DNA of 64,000 nucleotides from Orbicella franksi (Eukaryota): NCBI GenBank assembly GCA_964199315.1, contig OZ116701.1, positions 3,968,001 to 4,032,000 of the forward strand, read 5' to 3'. Shown piece by piece: positions 53,601 to 64,000 of this stretch (position 1 is its first letter; each line of letters starts with the position of its first letter). The notes under the pieces were generated by a model. It saw only the letters and a program-made list of their open reading frames with translations, ran no database searches and was not told where the DNA came from. The position numbers and the translations under genes were made by a program.

Positions 53601-56600
53601 AAAATCCGTCTTTAATTTCTTAAGTTCCGGAGAAAACCGAAGACCTAGAATTGTCAATAAAACGTCGCACTACAAAAAAGTTATTATTATTGTTATTATT
53701 ATCACTATTATTCAAGAGCTCAGTCAAACCTAAAACTCACATGCACTCTTGGCGACTCTAGTCGATTCTCCATACGCTCTTATTATCGAATGTAAACGTG
53801 CTCAGTTGTTCTTAAGTCGTTCAGAGAGTTCTCTTTTAGCCTGGAAATACAGAAACGCCCAAAGCGACCGGAAGCAATAAGAGGCGGCTGTATTCACAGA
53901 CTAAAGCTTTCTGAGAACTGAATTAATACATCATTGAGTGACTCGTTTTGGCCAGGATTTAGGTCAAACATCGAATTAATGGTGTAAATATTGTTTTAAC
54001 AGGACTTCAAAGAGTACCAACAAAACGTGTCACTGCCAAGAAAATTGAACGATTTTTTATCCAGAACATGGTCCGACGTCGACACCGGAGGAGTGTCGAT
54101 CAAACTTACTACGACGTCGCACTTGTGTTCGACGCGTCCAATTCCATTCGTAAACGCGATTTCTACAGAGGCGTCAAAGCTTTAGAGAGGCTGATCGATA
54201 AAGCGAGCCCGAATACTCATTATGCCGCCGTCACATACTCAGACAAGGCCAAGGTGGACTTCAGTTTCACCGACCCACAAACAGCTAAATACAATCTACA
54301 GACCAAAGTTCACTTCATTGGCCACAAGACAAACACTCAAGAAGCCTTTGAAATATGTCGCACGAAGCTGTTCCAAAACAAAAACTCTAAATTACGACCA
54401 CGAGCAAAAAAACGTGTTCTTCTCCTCACGGATGGAAGCTCCAACATCAACGTCCACCTCACACTGTACCGCGCCTTTCAACTGAAAATCCTTGGCGTGG
54501 AAATGTTTGTGATTGGTGTTGGAAATTACATGCCTGGTATTCAAGAGTTGGTGGGTATTGCTAGCAGCACAAACAGACATTTGTTTCGTGTCAGGGACAC
54601 CCTGTCGTTACTGGACATTGCCCGGCTCATTCCACCCTGGAAATACATGCACCAACATCAGTTACCTTGGGTTATGAACACCCAAAGGTCCGCTTACGAT
54701 ATCCCCTACTGATCTGCGTATCCTGAAAGATATCTACGTTTGATGAATACAGAGATAAGCCTGCGCTGACAAGACAAGCAGTCTGGGTGCATTCTTAAGT
54801 GTAGCTTTGCAGACTCCTACATATTGTTTTCGAGTTATAGACAACGGTAATCTATGGAAAAACGATTACAGGTAGTTACCTGACTTGAGAGAAACTAAAC
54901 ATCAGCGGTAAGACTTTTATCGAGATGGAAGAAATGGCATTAATGTGCAGTAGGCTCGCTTCTGGGCTTAAAAGTTGTCAGTTCGCTCTATTTTCGCGTT
55001 TGGTCTATATCGATTTCTTTACGAAAAAAATAACCGCAAAATACAATCTAGAGATCGAAGTACAGTTTTGTAGTTCTTTTGAATAAGACTGTCAAACCTA
55101 CAGAGAAACAGTTCGCTGGTTGTTATCACTAAAAATAGAGTCTGTGATACACACCGCCGCCCTGAATTTAATAAACGCCATGTATTCTCGAGACTAGAAT
55201 AAGTGCTGGTAGGTAACTCAACCGCAGTTTCCGACCTTGTGGCAATCTACAATTTTTCCACAAACATCTCTACTCTATTTTAGATCCGATTTCATCATAG
55301 TTAACCTTTTTCAAGTAATATCATGATGCAGCACTTGAAATAGGAGTTAAATCGCATTAGCTAATTAAATTTCTTTTTGCCATCATTGCTTACCGTTCTC
55401 AAATTGTTTTTGAGAGTGTATACAGCTCCCGGATAAAAGGTCAATGTGAAACTAACAGGACTAAGAAAAAAATGAATGCGTGGGGTCTAGAGTTTTCCTG
55501 ATTAAACCACATATGCTACAAACTTACGTAAAAGCTTATTACAGGAGTAACCTTCATAAGAAAATAACTGAATTTTAAACCAAATGACAACCCGCAACTT
55601 GAGCTCACTCATAATCTGACTACAGCTGTACGGAAACATGCAACATCATGATGATATTGCTGTTACTAACTTATTTTGAACTCATTCCTTATCTTAGCGC
55701 AGCCGCACACAACGGAAACATGCAACATAACGCTATTACTACTAATGTATTTTGATTTAAAGTCAGAATACTTCATGGAAGTCTTTGGAAGTTGTTATTA
55801 CATATCTTCTTCCTGTTTAAAACCTCAAAACTAAAACTGGGATACCTAAAAAACTGAAATAACATCGGTAAAGATTGACAAAGACTAATTAAATCCAGAC
55901 CGATGGCAGCGTTGAAAACAAGAAACTGTTAAAAGGCATGCACGAATCAACAACAGTGAATGAACTAGAAAAACAAAATTCAATGCTATCCGCGTAAATT
56001 CTTTGCATAAGTTATTTGAGATCAGTTACTCAGCGGCTCCTGTTATCTCTTTTGAATGCACTAGTGATCAAGCCACAGCTCACTAACCTAGGCCTAACGA
56101 AGAACGCCCTCTCGCCAAATTTCAAAGAAAGAAATGGATAATAAAATCATCGTTAGACGTACCGGTTTAATTAAAGTTTTGTCCAATTTAGAAGTACTTT
56201 ATATCGCCAAGGTGCAAGGTGCTTGGGTTTCTTTAGATCAAGATTTCTTGCTCAAGAAAGAAAGGAGAAGACAGGGTCTAATGGCAAGTTGGTTTCCCGG
56301 TCTGAACAACTCGCGTAACGCAAGAACATCAGTAAACTGGACGATTTCCAGGTACATTTTTTACTGTAAAACGATAGCGATCGGAATAAAAAGAGGCAGT
56401 CACTCATTTAGTTACCACCTGGTACTCGGTTGAGAAATCCAAATGCAGTGTTACAGAGGAAATATTTATACTTCTGTTCATAAGCCTTACCCTTTACAAA
56501 GAAACCAATCAGGCCGCAAAGCAGTCTCCGATATTATGACCCTTCCCCTCCCCCTTAAACTTCACGAATATACAGCTTGCTTTTGAGCTCTGCATAGTTC

Positions 56601-56731
56601 GGTTTAGACACTATCGATTCCACAGGACAACTTAATTGTCGACTGCATTGGAGGCAAATAATCAGGGACTCTTCTACGTTACTTTTAACCATCTTTATTC
56701 CTTTTTGGTTTAGAGAATACCACCTTAACGT
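50689..56731. repeat. Tandem segmental duplication, copy A (~6.0 kb)
   Basis: Collinear and near-identical to 56732-62471. Duplicated ORF pairs appear in the ORF track. Confidence 0.97.
52775..54712 (+). CDS. Secreted single-vWA-domain pre-pro-protein, paralog 2 (269 aa)
   Basis: Exon 1 52775-52874 (MSLLKLFLLLLLVMFSHC; donor GTGAGT). Exon 2 54003-54712 in phase. RHRR furin site. Intact MIDAS. Confidence 0.88.
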
Positions 56732-59700
56732 CCTATTTGTGCGTGATCTCACAAAGCACGCGACCTACCACTAAGGGGTCTGGAATGGCAGCACCATCGA
56801 GAAAGTCCTTCACTAATAAAAAAAATTCACCTCAAGAGCCTTGTTTTGAAGAGTTTAAGAGGTAATCAAATATCAGAAGTGAATGGAACGAAGAGTTATG
56901 TTCTCCAGTAGCACAATAAAGTGAAATTGATCGCGTCATCAAGTTTAATCTTGGACTTTACAGACAGCACAACAGGATGAACATTAAGCTTGCAAGCACG
57001 GCCTTTTCTAAGTGGTCACAAATAATAGCTATCGAATAAAACGAGGTGAAGTTATTATTGTGCTCTGCGTCTGGACATCTGAAAAAGCGATTACCAAAAA
57101 TTGCGCAGGGCCAAATCACTTATTTCACAATTTCGACGCTAAAGCTGCAAACTGCCCCCCAATAGCGCCATCATCAGTGTTAAACAGAAAAAAAAAAAAA
57201 AAACCGCGAAGAAACTCTCTTCAAAGCACAAAATCTGATGATTACTTTTGATCACCTCAGTGAAAGTTGAACTAGTTTTACAAACTAAAAGACGTAAAAC
57301 GCACTGATGACAACTGCAAAGCGATTATCTAAAAAATGTGTTCTTTTCGTCAGCCATTGGCGGTGTAAAGCTATTTGTCAGCGCTATTTCCCGATCACTC
57401 ACAGGCCACTATTTAAACAGCATGGGACCATCATTCGAGAACAAGACAATAAAAGACAACAAAAGGCAACAACAAACTTCTATCCGTTGTTTCACTCCCT
57501 TTTCTGCGTGTGTAGCTCTCTTCCTGTGTTAATCTCAATCTTCTTCTACATTTCCCGTTATTCAGTTTTTATATTAGTTAATGCTACATTTCACGTTATT
57601 CAGTTTTTATATTAGTTAATGCGAGTTGTTTACGAAGTGAACTTTTTGTGTTACGCGTTGTCCACAGAGGAAATTGTAATTAGCAAGGTTAAAAAAGTGA
57701 ATTGGAAAATATTGGAAAAAAAAGCTTGTGGGTGATAGGATATGTGAAAGCATCCACCGAACCAGGATATGCTCGATGCCGAGCACATGAGTGGACTAAA
57801 CTCAACTGAAACGATAACTATGATTCGAAAACACAAGAAATAGTTTACGTTCTGGCTCTGCTCAGTTGAACAACTTTTAATTCCAGTTCCTTTAATGATA
57901 ATGAATTTCAAATCTGCATGTTACATGTCTTTTCTGTATTACATTTCAGCGAGTTCCATCAGTAAACAGGAAAAACACACGCATGGGATATTTTAAGTAG
58001 TATTTCAAAACACTACTGAGACAACTCTTTTAGCGAGATATTTGAACCAAGCACAGCCAAAACAACCTTTGTTTTCACGAGAGAACACAAAACTCGGCTT
58101 TGGGGTGGTCAAATTTCCCCCCTTGATGTAGAACATTCCAATTCTGTCAACCAACAGATCAATTGTCGTGGTATTATTTAAAATTACTGGTCTGACTGCG
58201 CAACTTTCCATTTACTGCCAAAGGCACTGGCTATTTCCGAACGATGACAAATTCAAGAATTGGGCGGTAGTTTCTAGACGTAGCCACAAATTAATTTTCA
58301 ACACCAAAGGGCGTGAAATATAAACCAAACTAAGGCACTTTTATTGAGTAGCATTAACCTGTTAACACTCTATATCAATGGAGATAAAATCAAGCATAAC
58401 TCCCGGAGAATATTCGAGCTATAGGCAGACGCAAAGCGCTGGGCACTCCTTAGAACGAACCATCCGGCCTGAGCGGAGTACGAGCTGTGAAGTCGTCAGA
58501 TAAGATGCCCCTGCTTAAGCTATTTTTACTGCTGTTACTGGTTATGTTTTCACACTGCTTTGTGTGGGAAAAGACGAAGAAAAGCGGAATTTCTCATCAG
58601 TCAAGTGAGTGTAAGCACTTGTTAGCTATTACCGCAAGTCGTGCCGATATACGCTCGTTTATTCCTTTGATTTAGAATTGAAGAGATCTTCCGTTTAATG
58701 CAGCGGCCTTTTGTGCAAATTGGCGCAACGCTATAAGTGAATTTCCAAAGACGCCCATAATTAAAGAGGTAAATAGAGCACCATATTAAGTGTGCTTAGC
58801 ACTACGTTCCTCTTTTTATCGTCCAGCCATATAGAAAGAAATTGGCGCAGTGAACAACTATGGATGATTCAACATCAAAAACAGCCATTTACCGGAACCG
58901 AGCCGCTCAAGACGGAAACCCTTAAATGGTTGAAAATGAAAGTAAAAAACAAAGTCCTTGAATGGTATCACGAAAATCCAAGTACCTGTGCTTCACTGGG
59001 AGATGAAGACAATAAGTAATCCGGCACGAAACGAGGCACAAGTGGTACTGATGCAAGCATAGAATACGTTATTGTCGCGCTCTCACAACTAGTTTAATCA
59101 GAATTATTTGTAGAACTTCTGCGCTTACAAACGAAAGGCGATGAGCTACATAAAGATAAAGGTCGCACTACATGAAATCCATACCTACGTAGTCTAAAAA
59201 CGTCTCTATTTGTGTATACCTTGAGAATATAACAATTAATCGCTGTATATATTAAATGGAGAAATAATTCAAGCATCTTCTGATACGGAAGAACGACAAA
59301 CACTCTATGTAACTAAATCGACTGATCAGAGCAAAATCCGTCTTTAATTTCTTAAGTTATGGAGCAAACCGAAGACCTAGAATTGTCAATAAAACGTCGC
59401 ACTACAATGAAAAAAGTTATTATTATTGTTAGTATTATCACTATTATTCAAGAGCTCAGTCAAACCTAAAACTCACATGCACTCTTGGCGACTCTAGTCG
59501 ATTCTCCATACGCTCTTATTATCGAATGTAAACGTGCTCAGTTGTTCTTAAGTCGTTCAGAGAGTTCTCTTTTAGCCTGAAAATACAGAAACGCCCAAAG
59601 CGACCGGAAGCAATAAGAGGCGGCTGTATTCACAGACTAAAGCTTTCTGAGAACTGAATTAATACATCATTGAGTGACTCGTTTTGGCCAGGATTTAGGT

Positions 59701-62471
59701 CAAACATCGAATTAATGGTGTAAATATTGTTTAACAGGACTTCAAAGAGTACCAACAAAACGTGTCACTGCCAAGAAAATTGAACGATTTTTTATCCAGA
59801 ACATGGTCCGACGTCGACACCGGAGGAGTGTCGATCAAACTTACTACGACGTCGCACTTGTGTTCGACGCGTCCAATTCCATTCGTAAACGCGATTTCTA
59901 CAGAGGCGTCAAAGCTTTAGAGAGGCTGATCGATAAAGCAAGCCCGAATACTCATTATGCCGCCGTCACATACTCAGACAAGGCCAAGGTGGACTTCAGT
60001 TTCACCGACCCACAAACAGCTAAATACAATCTACAGACCAAAGTTCACTTCATTGGCCACAAGACAAACACTCAAGAAGCCTTTGAAATATGTCGCACGA
60101 AGCTGTTCCAAAACAAAAACTCTAAATTACGACCACGAGCAAAAAAACGTGTTCTTCTCCTCACGGATGGAAGCTCCAACATCAACGTCCACCTCACACT
60201 GTACCGCGCCTTCCAACTGAAAATCCTTGGCGTGGAAATGTTTGTGATTGGCGTTGGAAATTACATGCCTGGTATTCAAGAGTTGGTGGGTATTGCTAGC
60301 AGCACAAACAGACATTTATTTCGTGTCAGGGACACCCTGTCGTTACTGGACATTGCCCGGCTCATTCCACCCTGGAAATACATGCACCAGCATCAGTTAC
60401 CTTGGGTTATGAACACCCAAAGGTCCGCTTACGATGTCCCCTACTGATCTGCGTATCCTGAAAGACATCTACGTTTGATGAATACAGAGATAAGCCTGCG
60501 CTGACAAGACAAGCAATCTGGGCGCATTCTTAAGTGTAGCTTTGCAGACTCCTACATATTGTTTTCGAGTTATAGACAACGGTTATCTATGGAAAAACGA
60601 TTACAGGTAGTTACCTGACTTGAGAGAAACTAAACATCAGCGGTAAGACTTTTATCGAGATGGAAGAAATTGCATTAATGTGCAGTAGGCTCGCTTCTGG
60701 GCTTAAAAGTTGTCAGTTCGCTCTATTTTCGCGTTTGGTCTATATCGATTTCTTTACGAAAAAAATAACCGCAAAATACAATCTAGAGATCGAAGTACAG
60801 TTTTGTAGCTCTTTTGAATAAAAGACTGTCAAACCTACAGAGAAACAGTTCGCTGGTTGTTATCACTAAAAATAGAGTCTGTGATACACACCGCCGCCCT
60901 GAATTTAATAAACGCCATGTATTCTCGAGACTAGAATAAGTGCTGGTAGGTAACTCAACCGCAGTTTCCGACCTTGTGGCAATCTACAATTTTTCCACAA
61001 ACATCTCTACTCTATTTTAGATCCGATTTCATCATAGTTAACCTTTTTCAAGTAATATCATGATGCAGCACTTGAAATAGGAGTTAAATCGCATTAGCTA
61101 ATTAAATTTCTTTTTGCCATCATTGCTTACCGTTCTCAAATTGTTTTTGAGAGTGTATACAGCTCCCGGATAAAAGGTCAATGTGAAACTAACAGGACTA
61201 AGAAAAAAATGAATGCGTGGGGTCTAGAGTTTTCCTGATTAAACCACATATGCTACAAACTTACGTAAAAGCTTATTACAGGAGTAACCTTCATAAGAAA
61301 ATAACTGAATTTTAAACCAAATGACAACCCGCAACTTGAGCTCACTCATAATCTGACTACAGCTGTACGGAAACATGCAACATCATGATGATATTGCTGT
61401 TACTAACTTATTTTGAACTCATTCCTTATCTTAGCGCAGCCGCACACAACGGAAACATGCAACATAACGCTATTACTACTAATGTATTTTGATTTAAAGT
61501 CAGAATACTTCATGGAAGTCTTTGGAAGTTGTTATTACATATCTTCTTCCTGTTTAAAACCTCAAAACTAAAACTGGGATACCTAAAAAACTGAAATAAC
61601 ATCGGTAAAGATTGACAAAGACTAATTAAATCCAGACCGATGGCAGCGTTGAAAACAAGAAACTGTTAAAAGGCATGCACGAATCAACAACAGTGAATGA
61701 ACTAGAAAAACAAAATTCAATGCTATCCGCGTAAATTCTTTGCATAAGTTATTTGAGATCAGTTACTCAGCGGCTCCTGTTATCTCTTTTGAATGCACTA
61801 GTGATCAAGCCACAGCTCACTAACCTAGGCCTAACGAAGAACGCCCTCTCGCCAAATTTCAAAGAAAGAAATGGATAATAAAATCATCGTTAGACGTACC
61901 GGTTTAATTAAAGTTTTGTCCAATTTAGAAGTACTTTATATCGCCAAGGTGCAAGGTGCTTGGGTTTCTTTAGATCAAGATTTCTTGCTCAAGAAAGAAA
62001 GGAGAAGACAGGGTCTAATGGCAAGTTGGTTTCCCGGTCTGAACAACTCGCGTAACGCAAGAACATCAGTAAACTGGACGATTTCCAGGTACATTTTTTA
62101 CTGTAAAACGATAGCGATCGGAATAAAAAGAGGCAGTCACTCATTTAGTTACCACCTGGTACTCGGTTGAGAAATCCAAATGCAGTGCTACAGAGGAAAT
62201 ATTTATACTTCTGTTCATAAGCCTTACCCTTTACAAAGAAATCAATCAGGCCGCAAAGCAGTCTCCGATATTATGACCCTTCCCCTCCCCCTTAAACTTC
62301 ACGAATATACAGCTTGCTTTTGAGCTCTGCATAGTTCAGTTTAGACACTATCGATTCCACAGGACAACTTAATTGTCGACTGCATTGGAGGCAAATAATC
62401 AGGGACTCTTCTACGTTACTTTTAACCATCTTTATTCCTTTTTGGTTTAGAGAATACCACCTTAACGTCCT
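56732..62471. repeat. Tandem segmental duplication, copy B (~5.7 kb)
   Basis: Lacks 52130-52483 of copy A and carries a 38-bp local tandem duplication near 57550-57622. CCT microhomology at the junction. Confidence 0.97.
58505..60447 (+). CDS. Secreted single-vWA-domain pre-pro-protein, paralog 3 (269 aa)
   Basis: Exon 1 58505-58604, exon 2 59738-60447. Differs from paralog 2 by S2P and one I/V near the C-terminus. Confidence 0.88.
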
Positions 62472-63347
62472 TTTCTAACAACTGACAGACCTGTAAGTTA
62501 CATTGAAACGTTTCTAAAATATCTTCACTGAAATAGAAAAGCCACTAAAGGATATTATTGCTTTCACAGACGTTCCTTTCACAAAAGTGCTTGTTGCTAG
62601 CCATCTTTTTTACAGCAAATGTTAGAGGCAAGCAATGAGAGCCGCTCAGTTTTTGTTGTTTCTATTCAAACGCAAAGTACAGCACTAGAGGATTTGTTAC
62701 AATGGTGAACGCTGATTTTCTGGAGTTTTAATGTTGTACCAATCCCATGTTATTCATCTCTGTAATGAATCGGTGTTTGATTGCTTTCAATTTTAAAATC
62801 AGGAACTGTTTAGTTCGTCTGCTATTACAATTGTTGTTCATTAGTGTCGGTGTTTTCCTACATGTAGCTTGGCATTTTTTTTTTTCTAGCGGTTTATCTT
62901 CCTGACCAAAGAGCGAGAACAACCTTCCAGGATCACAACAGATTAGACCGTAAAGTTAGTCTTCTATTATCCACAAAAAACAAGTTAAAGGAATTTCAAA
63001 AGCTTGCCAAATGTGACTCTCGACCACTGAGATATTGGTTTTCCTCCCATCACATATCATAAGACATATATTGAGGTAGTTGCAAACAAATGCTTAAAAG
63101 CTTATTCGGAAAACTCTCTTTGTTAAAAATTAAAATACAACATCTCTTTCATCTTTTAAATCTCTCCTCAAAACATTCTTGTTTCGGAAATTTTAATTTT
63201 GATTTATTCACCTTATTTTTAAATTAACTCTTTCATTTATTTTACTTACTACTGCTGTAAGAAACATTGTGCAAGTTTTAACTAATCTACTTTTTCTTAT
63301 ATATAGTAATGTAAGCGCATTGAGTTTTCTAAATGCGCCCAAAAAAC

Positions 63348-63421
63348 TTATTATTATCATTATCATTATCGTTATCGTCATCGTTATCGTTATCATTATC
63401 ATTATCATTATTAATATTATT
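63348..63421. repeat. (ATT/ATC/GTT)n compound microsatellite
   Basis: TTATTATTATCATTATCATTATCGTTATCGTCATCGTTATC run. Confidence 0.9.
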
Positions 63422-64000
63422 TGTCCATTACCAAGTAGGTTATTAACTGAGGACATGACCGCTAGCTTTGTAGTCTTTACAGTCGCGTTTCTAGTCTTGT
63501 AACTCGCCGTGCAGAGGCAAAAGTTATTAATTAGTGTTCCTTCGCGGTGAGGCGCATCATAGAAGGCTGACAAAATAATTTCTCGCCTCTGCGCCATTTT
63601 TATCATCGAGCTGATTTTTTTTTGTAACACGGAAAAATGCCATCGCCTTGTCAAAGAGAAAGAGATGACAGACAGTTAAACTAAGGAAAACTCTGAAGAA
63701 ACAAGGGGGACAGATAATAACGGATGCATTTGGACAAATCTGAAAAATGTCCGGCCGATCCGTTTTTCAAGTTTATCTCGGTTTGTATGAGTACCATTGA
63801 TAATGCTCAGATGCCATCCTTGTTTGATATGTGGCCGTAATTTTAACCTCAAAAGACTGATGCTCTGCTAATTTGAACTTTAGGGCTAATAACTAACAAA
63901 AATAAACAGAATTACCCTAAATAACGTGACATTGACCATGATTTTATTTTGTGCCTACAAAAACGCAGCTTCTATTTTGTGAATTAATCGTGTGCTATTG

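Noticed and set aside
63208-63654. Ile/Met-rich ORFs on both strands
   Set aside because: They are produced by the ATT/ATC microsatellite and an adjacent interspersed repeat.

Overview
AT-rich, intron-containing animal DNA. The interspersed repeat families look like anthozoan/stony coral; this is an inference. 1-20 kb is non-genic and repeat-rich. It holds a 52-bp minisatellite, an 880-bp imperfect fold-back, a complete 3.25-kb Kolobok-type DNA transposon whose transposase is broken by one in-frame TGA, a MITE sharing that transposon's TTAA target site, a 1.45-kb TIR element with a 7-bp TSD, four degenerate ~200-bp repeats, and a 10-bp minisatellite. 20-38 kb holds two housekeeping genes head-to-head that I could splice by hand: GNPAT (minus, 14 coding exons, 681 aa, ends in PTS1 SKL) and RCE1 (plus, 10 exons, 295 aa). 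40-45 kb holds the 3' part of an unidentified minus-strand gene. 46-62.5 kb holds three two-exon genes for secreted signal peptide + propeptide + furin site + single vWA-domain proteins. Two of them lie in a recent ~6-kb tandem duplication with a CCT microhomology junction, and there is an apparent gene-conversion tract among the paralogs. All alignments and exon assemblies were done by eye.
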